Shown here: one piece after another, positions 8,986 through 17,857 of the stretch | How the letters are laid out: each line of letters begins with the position of its first letter | Position numbering within the stretch: position 1 is the stretch's first letter | Source: a virus | Taxonomy: Duplodnaviria > Caudoviricetes | Length of the DNA: 64,000 nt | Reading direction: 5' to 3' (one strand) | IMG/VR virus record: IMGVR_UViG_3300021425_003554 | Program-made: the position numbers and the translations under genes | Notes under the pieces: model-generated | The model's input: only the letters and a program-made list of their open reading frames with translations | Databases searched by the model: none | Told to the model about the DNA's origin: nothing

Positions 8986-9734
8986 TAGACGTCGTCACCC
9001 TCCATCACATAGAAACTTGATGACTTACCGGTGCTGTCTTCTTGAAGGTAATGAATTTCACCATCATACTCGATCTCATTGAAACACTTGAATCCATCAC
9101 AATTTTCATAGGCTATCTTCATCCTCTTGAAGTCAAACCCATCTGGTCCGGTCTTGATAACGCCTTCGGTACCCCAACCACCTTTGTTGAAATACTGGCC
9201 GAACAGGTAATACTTGTCCTTGCAAGAGTCAGATCCGGAATGATGTTCTGCCAAACAATTGACCTTGACACCAAGTTTCTTGAACTTCTCCATCTCGACC
9301 TGTTGATCCTCAACGAACCCACCATCGTCGTCTCGTAGGGCATTGCCGTCTTTGTCCGTCTCCGTTATCGTCACATACTGACCATCAGAGAACTCCGGTC
9401 CGCTCATATGGCAGATGTCCTCGTACTCGTAGAACTCCTTATCAAATCTTGCATTTTCAGGCACACCATATTTCTCATTGGCCTCCGCTGGATCGAATCC
9501 TCTGTCGTTTAGGTATTGTGCCAGGTCATCCTTGCCTTCCCAGAAGTCAAATTGCTCCTTGGTTATCGAACCCATTGCCACTTCTCCTCCGTACCTACCA
9601 AAGTCCAACTTGAAATACCTTTCCGGTGTCTTGATTGCTTTTATCAATCGCTTCTGTTCCTTGATCTTCTTGGCTGTTTTCTTCACAGCCTTCTTGGTCT
9701 TCTTGGGTGTTGCCTTTTTCTTTTTCTTCGCCAT
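8985..9734 (-). CDS. hypothetical protein with Lys-rich N-terminal tail and acidic body
   Basis: MAKKKKKATPKKTKKAVKK...; GGAG SD. Confidence 0.75.
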   Translation of the reverse strand: MAKKKKKATPKKTKKAVKKTAKKIKEQKRLIKAIKTPERYFKLDFGRYGGEVAMGSITKEQFDFWEGKDDLAQYLNDRGFDPAEANEKYGVPENARFDKEFYEYEDICHMSGPEFSDGQYVTITETDKDGNALRDDDGGFVEDQQVEMEKFKKLGVKVNCLAEHHSGSDSCKDKYYLFGQYFNKGGWGTEGVIKTGPDGFDFKRMKIAYENCDGFKCFNEIEYDGEIHYLQEDSTGKSSSFYVMEGDDV

Positions 9735-9746
9735 AGTCTCTCCTTG

Positions 9747-10010
9747 TTATCCGTTTAAGAAATGCCCCAGGTGATCTGGTTGTCTGTTCTTGGCAGGTGT
9801 ATGACCCAGGTAATTGTGGCCTTCGTTGACCACTTGGGGTCTACCACCACCTATGTCAATCACCCAACCTGCAGGCCCTTGCATAACTGCCTTGCCTTTG
9901 CAGACTTGACCAACATTGTTTTTATACCAAACCCGGTCGCCCTTCTGGATCTCGTCAAACAATTCGTCCTCCCATGCTTCGTCCTTTAATGGAAAATATT
10001 TTTCTGGCAT
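9747..10010 (-). CDS. hypothetical protein
   Basis: ORF in operon. Confidence 0.65.
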   Translation of the reverse strand: MPEKYFPLKDEAWEDELFDEIQKGDRVWYKNNVGQVCKGKAVMQGPAGWVIDIGGGRPQVVNEGHNYLGHTPAKNRQPDHLGHFLNG

Positions 10011-10348
10011 TATACCTTCTCCTTTTCAAGTTCGTGGATAGGGTCTTCTTGGTATGGTTCAAAGTCCAATGACGCCGACTCATACAATTCGTACCATCTA
10101 TCCTCTATCTGTTTATATTCCTCTATCAGCTCGCTCGGTTCCATGTTATGGAAACCCTTGAAACCACCTTCCAAGATGTGGGTCAGTGTAGAGTAATCAC
10201 CCTCACGATAATCTGACATGATGCCCGCGAACTCCGCCTGTAGGCATCTCTCTGCCATCACATAGGGTGTCAGTTTCATAGCACGATTGTCTTCGTATAA
10301 GTGATCCTCGTGTCTGTCCATTATGATGTCTGCCAGTCTAGTTCCCAT
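10010..10348 (-). CDS. acidic hypothetical protein
   Basis: ORF in operon. Confidence 0.7.
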   Translation of the reverse strand: MGTRLADIIMDRHEDHLYEDNRAMKLTPYVMAERCLQAEFAGIMSDYREGDYSTLTHILEGGFKGFHNMEPSELIEEYKQIEDRWYELYESASLDFEPYQEDPIHELEKEKV

Positions 10349-10518
10349 TATATTTCCTCCGTTTCAATATGTTCTCTATATTCCCAATCTTCATTGTCGA
10401 CTTCGCCCTCACCGTTGTGGGCCATTTGGTAGGCCTCATCTTCGTCCTTGGCTTCTACTATGAAAGTCTTTTGAACATCATAACTCAGAACGACTGAGAA
10501 TTGTTTTTTGTCTGCCAT
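10348..10518 (-). CDS. small acidic protein (56 aa, MADKKQFSVV...VEAKDEDEA)
   Basis: manual translation; fills the gap exactly. Confidence 0.65.
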   Translation of the reverse strand: MADKKQFSVVLSYDVQKTFIVEAKDEDEAYQMAHNGEGEVDNEDWEYREHIETEEI

Positions 10519-11153
10519 TATGCCTCCTCACCTATGTTGATCGCATTGCCTTTCACATACTCCGTGACATCTTCTTTCTCGGCTTCCTGTTCGGCTTCCC
10601 ATTCTGCCATGGACTCTGTGATATTGAACATCTCGTCCAGTGTGGAACCAACGCCGTCCTGCCAAAAGTCATCTGTGGATTCGTAATCGCTGGGTTTATA
10701 ACAATCATCTGCTCCATTGTCCCACTCACCCATGAAGTCACATCCACCTTCATAGTAGTATGCCTTCAATGAACATTCCTCGTTCTTGGCAAGGAAGTAT
10801 TCATAAGCACCGATGGGTGGTGACCAGGCCGATGAGAATGCGAACGAAATAGTTGATTCGCCCTCACTCTGTTCTGTTAGATATTGTCTGTCCACTCCGT
10901 AGAACTCATTGACGTCCCACTTGGTGCTCCAATTATCGCAGGCCCAACTGTACCAGTCTGAGTAGCCATACTTGGCCTTCAACTTCTTGTTTTCTGAACC
11001 ATCCGCCGTTGTGTTTCTCAACTCCTCAGGCATTGGATGGAAGAAGTTCAGAAGTCCACCACTATCTTTTTCTTCCTTTACTATCTTCTCGATCTTGTCT
11101 ATCACGGAGTTTGGCCCCGTGATAGTGACTTGATTATCGCACCAATTAGGCAT
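10518..11153 (-). CDS. YubB/DUF1281-like ferredoxin-fold protein
   Basis: MPNWCDN..TITG, WYSW...NWSTKWD, FSSAWSPP, YYEGGCDFMG motifs. Confidence 0.8.
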   Translation of the reverse strand: MPNWCDNQVTITGPNSVIDKIEKIVKEEKDSGGLLNFFHPMPEELRNTTADGSENKKLKAKYGYSDWYSWACDNWSTKWDVNEFYGVDRQYLTEQSEGESTISFAFSSAWSPPIGAYEYFLAKNEECSLKAYYYEGGCDFMGEWDNGADDCYKPSDYESTDDFWQDGVGSTLDEMFNITESMAEWEAEQEAEKEDVTEYVKGNAINIGEEA

Positions 11154-11442
11154 TGATCGCCTCCTTGGTTTTGATTGGCGTTAAGTGAGAACCAGGTACA
11201 TTCCATCTAGTTCCACTATCAGTTCTTACCAACACATATTTGATCTTGATCTTTTCAACAGTACCTTTTTCTGTTCTGCCGTATCTGCCTTGGAAAGACA
11301 CCCTGTCACCAACTTTCAATGAACGAGCATCCAATGAGTGTAATTGATTTCTTCTCAATTTCACCGCATCTATAACTTGATTCAATTCATCCGTGTTCAA
11401 AGTGTAGATGTCTTGGATCATTTTGTTTAGTTTTATATACAT
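11146..11442 (-). CDS. SH3/KOW-like hypothetical protein
   Basis: LKVGDRVSF...GTVEKI...W.VP pattern; GGAGG SD. Confidence 0.7.
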   Translation of the reverse strand: MYIKLNKMIQDIYTLNTDELNQVIDAVKLRRNQLHSLDARSLKVGDRVSFQGRYGRTEKGTVEKIKIKYVLVRTDSGTRWNVPGSHLTPIKTKEAINA

Positions 11443-11475
11443 ATTCTTAACACCTCCTATTAATGTTTATAATTC

Positions 11476-11503
11476 AGTATAGCATGGATGGTAATAGCGT
11501 CAA
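11476..11503 (-). promoter_or_regulatory. early promoter (GGTTGAC class), ~40 bp identical to the copy at 8361
   Basis: ataattcagtatagcatggatggtaatagcgtcaacctgg found at both sites. Confidence 0.8.
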
Positions 11504-11576
11504 CCTGGCAAAAAGTCGCATAGAATGGAAGGTTTTTAATTATTTTTGGTGTGAAATATATAGAAATAATTACAGT

Positions 11577-12464
11577 ATGCCTGATTTGATAGTGAGACTT
11601 GATAAAAATAATGATCATAATGACACATACGATTTAAACTATAATTTTTTGGATAACTCTTTTGTATCAAAATGGATAGATCGTTATCGTTTTTCACAGA
11701 GCCGAGGCGATGACATATCCACCCGGGATCAGTTCTATGGATTGAATTCAGAATGGACCGCGGAAAAGACCATATCGATCATCAACGAACGAGTGGATCA
11801 AATTAATCAATTGGTACCCGGTCTCATAGATAAAAAAGTGAATGATATAAATGATCAAGACACTCTCAATTATCTACACTCTTTCTTTGAACGATATCAC
11901 GGCAAAGTAGATGCATGGTTGTCCGACCCGTGGTGGCAGGATAAACCTCGTGAATTAAGACCCATATGGTCAGACCTAAACAATTACATTCACAGGTTGG
12001 AAGGATACAGGAACGGCAATCCAACACCCAGGATCAAGGTGTGTTGGTATGACACTCCCAAGATCAAAACATTTGATCCGGAAGACTATGCTCTGTTTGA
12101 AACAGGACATCGTTTTGGTTATATGTATTCGCTCTATGCTGATGTGGGCAAGGACATCAGATCATTGGCCTACGACGATGACGATCACCATTTGGATTTT
12201 GTTCCACCCACTTACTACTCGGCCGACTTCCATTTGAGATTTCAAACTGAATCACAGGAAAAGATAAATGAGGTAGAAACTCGTTGTCGATCTTTCTACA
12301 ATCAGAATAGCAACTATTTCATATCAAAAGGATTTGATGCTGATGATCCTAGATTGGTCATGGGATCCATACCCATTTCAAAATTAGACTATGATGGTGA
12401 CCAAGATCAATTACTGAAAGATTTAGGCAATTACAATCGTATCCAAGGTGTGTACCTTGTTTAA
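11577..12464 (+). CDS. hypothetical protein inserted on the opposite strand of the early region
   Basis: start moved to MPDLIV; the longer N-terminus reads through the promoter repeat. Confidence 0.7.
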   Translation: MPDLIVRLDKNNDHNDTYDLNYNFLDNSFVSKWIDRYRFSQSRGDDISTRDQFYGLNSEWTAEKTISIINERVDQINQLVPGLIDKKVNDINDQDTLNYLHSFFERYHGKVDAWLSDPWWQDKPRELRPIWSDLNNYIHRLEGYRNGNPTPRIKVCWYDTPKIKTFDPEDYALFETGHRFGYMYSLYADVGKDIRSLAYDDDDHHLDFVPPTYYSADFHLRFQTESQEKINEVETRCRSFYNQNSNYFISKGFDADDPRLVMGSIPISKLDYDGDQDQLLKDLGNYNRIQGVYLV

Positions 12465-12676
12465 TTGATGCTTTCTCTTTCTTTTTGTAATTCGTGTTCA
12501 GACACATCTTCAAACCAAACACCGTTGGTTATCTTGTCCAGTGTGTCTTTGACCTCATACAGATCGTCTTCCAACTTCTTTATTTTTTCAGATCTTGTTT
12601 CAAATTGAATTTGATCCTCTAAAGAAATCTTCTGCCTGATCAACTCTCTTATCTGTCTTTTTTTATCGTCTGTCAT
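12461..12676 (-). CDS. small coiled-coil protein
   Basis: start MTDDKKRQ after a GGAGG SD. Confidence 0.6.
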   Translation of the reverse strand: MTDDKKRQIRELIRQKISLEDQIQFETRSEKIKKLEDDLYEVKDTLDKITNGVWFEDVSEHELQKERESIN

Positions 12677-12692
12677 GATTTCCATATGCCTC

Positions 12693-12923
12693 CTAGTCCA
12701 ATAGTACCATGTATTCTTTGGGATAGTATTTTTGGAACCAGGCGATGCCTTTTTCCATGTGGTCATAATTGCCCAACATCTCCGCACCCTTGATAGTATC
12801 ATAGACTGCCACCGCATCGGGTGATAGTTCAACTTCCTGACCCGAGTATGGATTTTTTATCGTTTCCGGTTTGTCTCCCACCACACATTCGAATGGTAAG
12901 ACCGGTGCCACTGATTTACTCAT
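12693..12923 (-). CDS. conserved-type phage hypothetical protein (NPYSG...YMVLLD)
   Basis: ORF; SD; follows the promoter at 12945-12972. Confidence 0.7.
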   Translation of the reverse strand: MSKSVAPVLPFECVVGDKPETIKNPYSGQEVELSPDAVAVYDTIKGAEMLGNYDHMEKGIAWFQKYYPKEYMVLLD

Positions 12924-12944
12924 ATCATCTCCTTTGTTAATTTG

Positions 12945-12972
12945 ATTATATAATAGATTACCATACGGTCAA
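12945..12972 (-). promoter_or_regulatory. early promoter (GGTTGAC class)
   Basis: ggTTGACC-N16-TATAAT. Confidence 0.65.
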
Positions 12973-13242
12973 CCTTGCCTCTTTGAGTGCCCGTTCTATG
13001 GCTGTTCTCCTGCCCTCTTCGGTGTTGGGCGAGGTATATCTGTATGTCCAATCGGGTGATCCATCGCCATCGGTGTGACCCCTGGGATATTTCTGGCCGT
13101 TGATCCTGACCAACCACCCTGCCACATTCACACACTCCAGTTCGTCGGAATCCTCATACTTTCTATTCCAATAATCGTTGTCGGTCCACTCGGTCTGTAT
13201 CTTGAGTGGGATACCCTCATTCGCTATCGCTCTACTGATCAT
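12958..13242 (-). CDS. hypothetical protein
   Basis: ORF. Confidence 0.6.
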   Translation of the reverse strand: MISRAIANEGIPLKIQTEWTDNDYWNRKYEDSDELECVNVAGWLVRINGQKYPRGHTDGDGSPDWTYRYTSPNTEEGRRTAIERALKEARLTVW

Positions 13243-13432
13243 CTTTTATCCTCTTTATTATTTTGGGTTTTCTTGGAGCCAATTGATTCCTGATATGTTC
13301 CTCGTCAAAACCCATCATCCTTTTGAATTTTCCGTTTACCTTGACTGAATAATTGTATGGTGGTCCGGACCACGGAGACAACTCTATGTTCTCGTATCCG
13401 ACCACCATCTGCTTTTTGGATTTTTTTACCAA
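13232..13432 (-). CDS. hypothetical protein
   Basis: ORF. Confidence 0.6.
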   Translation of the reverse strand: MVKKSKKQMVVGYENIELSPWSGPPYNYSVKVNGKFKRMMGFDEEHIRNQLAPRKPKIIKRIKDDQ

Positions 13433-13816
13433 TTAGTCCGCTCTACTTTCTGAATAAACCCTCATTCCATATTTTTCAAGTTCATTGGCAAAGGCATCAC
13501 AGGCTATTTCTTTTATGCTCATCGATTGAGTCATTCTGTATTGATGATCTTTTGGCATGATGTCATAGTAAGATATCCTGTATCCACCTCTGAAACCCGA
13601 ATCACCTATTCCGTTGTTCTTACAGAACTTGACGAATCGTCCTCTCGCCGGATGTATTGAAACATTGGCGAAACCACAGTATAATGGTTCACCGTGTTTG
13701 GCTGTATAGGCATCAACAGCCTCAATCGCTCGGTTTCTGGCATTATCAAACATAACCCCAGGTTCAATACCTTCTGCATTAAATTTTAATAAAGTTTTAT
13801 TGTCTTCTGTAATCAT
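13433..13816 (-). CDS. hypothetical early protein
   Basis: GGAGG SD; first gene after the promoter at 13847. Confidence 0.7.
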   Translation of the reverse strand: MITEDNKTLLKFNAEGIEPGVMFDNARNRAIEAVDAYTAKHGEPLYCGFANVSIHPARGRFVKFCKNNGIGDSGFRGGYRISYYDIMPKDHQYRMTQSMSIKEIACDAFANELEKYGMRVYSESRAD

Positions 13817-13846
13817 TACACCTCCTGTTTTAAAAATTACTCTTTC

Positions 13847-13973
13847 ATTATAACATGGATGGTATTATGGTCAACCTGACTAATAACTCGCATAAAATGG
13901 AAGTTTTTTGTTCGGCTTTATATATTATAATATAACTTTACCAGGTTGACCGTATTTGGTTCCGTGTTATAAT
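13847..13973. promoter_or_regulatory. divergent pair of GGTTGAC-class promoters (minus 13847-13874; plus 13946-13973)
   Basis: the plus copy is an exact 30-bp reverse complement of part of the 5946 promoter. Confidence 0.8.
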
Positions 13974-13979
13974 GACAGT

Positions 13980-14255
13980 ATGATATATTTGGAAACAAAA
14001 AACGGTCAAATGGTCAAATCTTTGGAAACCTTGTATGAAGAATTCATAGATGGATACATCCAAGGCAATTTCATCGAAGGGGTCTGCTCTTGGAACGGAG
14101 ACGATGCTTTGATGGGACCTAGATCATTCTCACATAAATTCAAAAAAGAAGCATCCAAATTGGGATTTGGTTATGAAGAATACATTGGTTTCGCCAATGA
14201 GTTGGAAGAGTGGTGCCAATCATATCTAGGTAATTTGGAGATGAAATTTAGATGA
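13980..14255 (+). CDS. hypothetical protein, probably leaderless
   Basis: ATG 6 nt after TATAAT; no SD. Confidence 0.6.
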   Translation: MIYLETKNGQMVKSLETLYEEFIDGYIQGNFIEGVCSWNGDDALMGPRSFSHKFKKEASKLGFGYEEYIGFANELEEWCQSYLGNLEMKFR

Positions 14256-14458
14256 GTATAGAAGGATTGATAGGCGGAGTGATGATGTTGATGGCATCTG
14301 TGTCAAACACGGGCACGGTGGATTCAAAAACTGTCTGGAATGCTGTGGTACTTGCGGACAAGGCCATGATCAAGACCGAACAAGGCACTTGGGGTGATTC
14401 GATCCACGAGGAATCATATCAGATAATCAAGGATACCATTAGGAAAATTGGTAGATAG
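14252..14458 (+). CDS. small hypothetical protein
   Basis: ORF coupled by ATGA overlap. Confidence 0.55.
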   Translation: MSIEGLIGGVMMLMASVSNTGTVDSKTVWNAVVLADKAMIKTEQGTWGDSIHEESYQIIKDTIRKIGR

Positions 14459-14459
14459 A

Positions 14460-14933
14460 TTATTTAGGCTTAACTATTTTAGACTTCTGTAATTTCTTTT
14501 TAGAGGCGAGACCCTTACCTTTTTTCAACTTCTTGCCTTTTTTCATTTTGGCAGTTCCGGTCTTCCTTTGCCCGATCTGTATGTTTTTCAATCTAGTGGA
14601 TGCTCCACCTGACTTTATTGTTCTTGCTCTCTTCTGGGCGGTCTGCTTGGCTTTGGCCAATCGTTTCTGTGAAATCTTGGCACCTGTTTTTGGTTTCAAA
14701 GGTGCGGAACAGGTATCCTGGTTGGCCACGATACGACCTTTCCTAGGACCTGCTATACATCTAAAACCTCTTTTCAAACCCTTGCCTTTGGTTCTTCGGA
14801 GGATTTGACCTATGCCTTCTGCTATGGCCGAATGGTCCGATGATGATACTATATCTTGTGCCACAATATCTTGTGCCTTTGATTCGGTTATGGCACTAGA
14901 AGATTTGATTTGGATGATTTCGTTAATTCTCAT
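14460..14933 (-). CDS. highly basic late protein
   Basis: K/R-rich; MRINEII start; TAAATA upstream. Confidence 0.7.
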   Translation of the reverse strand: MRINEIIQIKSSSAITESKAQDIVAQDIVSSSDHSAIAEGIGQILRRTKGKGLKRGFRCIAGPRKGRIVANQDTCSAPLKPKTGAKISQKRLAKAKQTAQKRARTIKSGGASTRLKNIQIGQRKTGTAKMKKGKKLKKGKGLASKKKLQKSKIVKPK

Positions 14934-14950
14934 TATGACACTATTTATGG

Positions 14951-15030
14951 ATCTTACACACCTTACAACCCGCTTAAGAACTTAAACACTCTTATAACTT
15001 AATCGCTTATAGGTTATAACTTAACCGCTG
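14951..15030. repeat. array of short CTTA/TTATAACTTAA repeats in non-coding DNA
   Basis: about 9 (C/G)TTA units at 7-11 nt spacing; TTATAACTTAA twice. Confidence 0.6.
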
Positions 15031-15130
15031 AACTGTTCTAAAACTGACACTATTACATGACAATGACAAAGTTGATCTTGCTCTTTTGTAACAATGATAT
15101 AAGATCAACTTTAGACGGTTAAATACACAT

Positions 15131-15367
15131 ATGCGAATATTTGAAGTGATACAACTCAAAGACAACATAGGACCCGCACCGCGTGGCGTGTGTTCCAAAC
15201 CCACATCATCACTGCCGGCATCGTGGGTGTCATCTTGTAAATCACAAGGTAAACGAAAAAGAACCGGTGCTAGGAAACAAAAAGTCAAAGGAAAAACCAT
15301 CAAGGTTGCCAATAAAAGAATCAAGGGCAAGAAATATGGCGGCCCTCTGCCCGATTACTCCGCTTAA
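15131..15367 (+). CDS. small basic late protein
   Basis: GTTAAATA-N5-ATG; K/R-rich, two Cys. Confidence 0.7.
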   Translation: MRIFEVIQLKDNIGPAPRGVCSKPTSSLPASWVSSCKSQGKRKRTGARKQKVKGKTIKVANKRIKGKKYGGPLPDYSA

Positions 15368-15380
15368 CATCAAAAAATTA

Positions 15381-15429
15381 AAAACCTAATAGCGAGCCAA
15401 ACTGCTATACAAAACCTAATAGCGAGCCA
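15381..15429 (+). repeat. 19-bp perfect direct repeat AAAACCTAATAGCGAGCCA x2, 30-bp period
   Basis: 15381-15399 and 15411-15429. Confidence 0.85.
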
Positions 15430-15440
15430 TAATTAACTGT

Positions 15441-16580
15441 ATGCGTATAGGATTTGTAGGACTTGGTAAATTGGGTATGCCTTGTGCGGAAGCCATGGCC
15501 GAACGTGGTACCACAGTGAGTGGCTATGACATAGTGCCAAAAGTCAGTGAATACATTGATATAAAGTCTAACATCAGAGAAGCAGTGGAAGGGCAGGACA
15601 TAGTGTTCGTGGCCACACCCACTCCACACACAGAAGGCTATGATGGTAGGAATCCAACCAGTCATCTAGAGCCACGTGACTTCAATTACGACGCCGTGAT
15701 AGAAGTTCTGAAACAATGTGATCAACACATGAACAAAGATCAGATACTGGTATTGATATCAACGGTGTTGCCTGGAACCACTCGCAGAGAGTTTGATCCT
15801 TTGATAAAAAACACTCGCTTTGTATATAATCCTTATTTGATCGCCATGGGAACAGTGAAAGCAGATTTCCTATCTCCAGAGATGTTGATAGTGGGCACCA
15901 AGAATGGTAGCATGACAGAGGAAGCAAACACCCTGATCAATTTTTATCAAAAAGTTTTGGGATATTTTCCCAGGATAGAAACAGGCACATGGGAAGAAGC
16001 GGAAGCCATAAAGATATTCTACAACACATTCATATCCACAAAGATCGCTCTGGTCAACATGATACAGGACGTGGCACAGAAGTTGGGCAACACCAATGTT
16101 GATAGAGTGACCACAGCATTGGCCAACAGCACCAAACGTATAATAAGTTCAAAGTACATGAAAGCAGGCATGGGAGATGGTGGAGCCTGTCATCCCAGGG
16201 ACAACATCGCCCTGAGATGGTTATCCAAAGAACTGAAATTGGGTTATGATCTTTTTGATGCTGTGATGACTGCTCGTGAACGTCAGGCGGAAAACATGGC
16301 ATTGGAAATATTGAAGTATGGAAACAATATACATTTCACTTCCGACAGTTACAAACCCGGAACAAATCTCACCGATGGATCATACAGTATTTTGGTTCAA
16401 CATTATGTAAATAAACACGGAGGACAGTTGGTTAACGGATTTGATAATGTTGTGGAAGTAATTGTGAGAGTGCATGAGTCAGATCAATTCACAACAGACG
16501 ACAAAGTGATTATCTTCGATCCATGGAGGACATACCCCAAAGCAGACAACGTGATTTATTATGGCGAGACTACCCAGTAA
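15441..16580 (+). CDS. ugd: UDP-glucose/GDP-mannose 6-dehydrogenase
   Basis: GFVGLGKLG Rossmann motif, FVATPTP, STVLPGT, YNPYLI, K..YN, GDGGACHPRD. Confidence 0.9.
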   Translation: MRIGFVGLGKLGMPCAEAMAERGTTVSGYDIVPKVSEYIDIKSNIREAVEGQDIVFVATPTPHTEGYDGRNPTSHLEPRDFNYDAVIEVLKQCDQHMNKDQILVLISTVLPGTTRREFDPLIKNTRFVYNPYLIAMGTVKADFLSPEMLIVGTKNGSMTEEANTLINFYQKVLGYFPRIETGTWEEAEAIKIFYNTFISTKIALVNMIQDVAQKLGNTNVDRVTTALANSTKRIISSKYMKAGMGDGGACHPRDNIALRWLSKELKLGYDLFDAVMTARERQAENMALEILKYGNNIHFTSDSYKPGTNLTDGSYSILVQHYVNKHGGQLVNGFDNVVEVIVRVHESDQFTTDDKVIIFDPWRTYPKADNVIYYGETTQ

Positions 16581-16938
16581 AACGGTAATGAGAAAGTTCG
16601 GAACTTTCAACAAGATGAGTAAGATCTATTCCCCACACAGAAAAAGTTTCATATTCGAAGGCAGAGTTTACTGGATACATTTCAAAACAGTCGAGGAAGC
16701 ATTAGATTATTTTTTTACTCCAAAGGCACTGGCAAGTTACAAATACTGTCATAGATTTGAAAAAAAGTTGATTGACAATTATTCATTACACTGGACCATT
16801 GATTTTGGTGTGCCCGAAAATCCCAATGAAAAACCCTGGGCCGACCGCTGGAAAGATATCAAAGAGATGTTGACAGATCGGGGTTTGTGGTTCAATCATC
16901 CAACAACAATCACACACGACGCTCCTCATCTATTTTAA
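16561..16938 (+). CDS. hypothetical protein
   Basis: ORF; start uncertain. Confidence 0.55.
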   Translation: MARLPSKTVMRKFGTFNKMSKIYSPHRKSFIFEGRVYWIHFKTVEEALDYFFTPKALASYKYCHRFEKKLIDNYSLHWTIDFGVPENPNEKPWADRWKDIKEMLTDRGLWFNHPTTITHDAPHLF

Positions 16939-16944
16939 AGTCAT

Positions 16945-16980
16945 AAAAAAAGGGCGACACATTTCTGTACTGCCCTTTTT
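16945..16980. terminator. bidirectional rho-independent terminator
   Basis: A-run AGGGC...GCCCT T-run between convergent genes. Confidence 0.75.
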
Positions 16981-16991
16981 ATACTCTAAAT

Positions 16992-17192
16992 TTATGCTAC
17001 TGATAGATTCACAGCACTAGGTCCTTTTGGACCATCCTGTGTTTCAAACGTAACCGTGTCGCCTTCGTTCAACGAGTTTAGGCCTGCGGCCTCCACTGCT
17101 GAGATGTGTACGAACACATCCTTGTCTTCGCTGGCGATGAATCCAAAACCCTTGGAGGCGTTGAACCATTTAACTGTTCCTTGATTGCTCAT
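16992..17192 (-). CDS. cspA: cold-shock protein
   Basis: [23 protein letters not shown] (RNP1/RNP2). Confidence 0.97.
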   Translation of the reverse strand: MSNQGTVKWFNASKGFGFIASEDKDVFVHISAVEAAGLNSLNEGDTVTFETQDGPKGPSAVNLSVA

Positions 17193-17311
17193 GTTTGCTC
17201 TTTCTTTATTGTTTATGTTATGAGGTAGTCTGTATCTAAAATAGGGCGGGAGGTTTGTTATATCTTCTGCGTCTTGTCTTGTTACTCTTGTCTCATCTTT
17301 ACTTATGCCTT

Positions 17312-17343
17312 AAAAAAAGGGCGATAGTTTCCTACCGCCCTTT
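17312..17343 (-). terminator. rho-independent terminator
   Basis: AAAGGGCG...CGCCCTTT hairpin with T-run on the minus strand. Confidence 0.7.
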
Positions 17344-17367
17344 AACAACTAAATCTAAACGATTAGA

Positions 17368-17742
17368 TTATGCAGAAAAGTTAATTACTTTTCTTCCAGA
17401 CTTTTTAAGTAATGAAATAATGTTTGATTTCATTTCTAATGCTGATGATTGAGGAGCAACTCCTAATACATTAACATTAAAGTCAATACCTTTAGATAAC
17501 AACTTGTTAGTCGCTGTTTTTCTTGCAGTGTTTTTAACTGCTAGGTTTTTGAACTTGATTTTACCACCATGAACTGAACCGTTCACTGTGTAAGCCTTAG
17601 CCGGCTCCGCGAATACACCGATTTGTTTAGCTCTTGATTTGAACTCTCTAGTGTATACAACGTATTGTGTGCTTTTTGCCATTTTCTCTTCCTTTGTAGT
17701 TTTAGAAGAGGTTGTTTTTTTACCAAATAGATTAAAAAACAT
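17368..17742 (-). CDS. basic hypothetical protein (possible start MAKSTQ at 17682)
   Basis: own promoter (17802-17830), SD and terminator. Confidence 0.7.
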   Translation of the reverse strand: MFFNLFGKKTTSSKTTKEEKMAKSTQYVVYTREFKSRAKQIGVFAEPAKAYTVNGSVHGGKIKFKNLAVKNTARKTATNKLLSKGIDFNVNVLGVAPQSSALEMKSNIISLLKKSGRKVINFSA

Positions 17743-17857
17743 AGTTGCCTCTTTCTGTTAATTTAGATGAAGAATTTATTTTCAACATCATATTAAAATA
17801 TATTTTACACTAAAAAGTTGTTTTGGTCAACCTTTAAAAAAGGCTGTAAAAATGGAA

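Noticed and set aside
14973-15025. CtrA boxes (TTAA-N7-TTAA)
   Set aside because: TTAA units are not spaced 11 nt apart.
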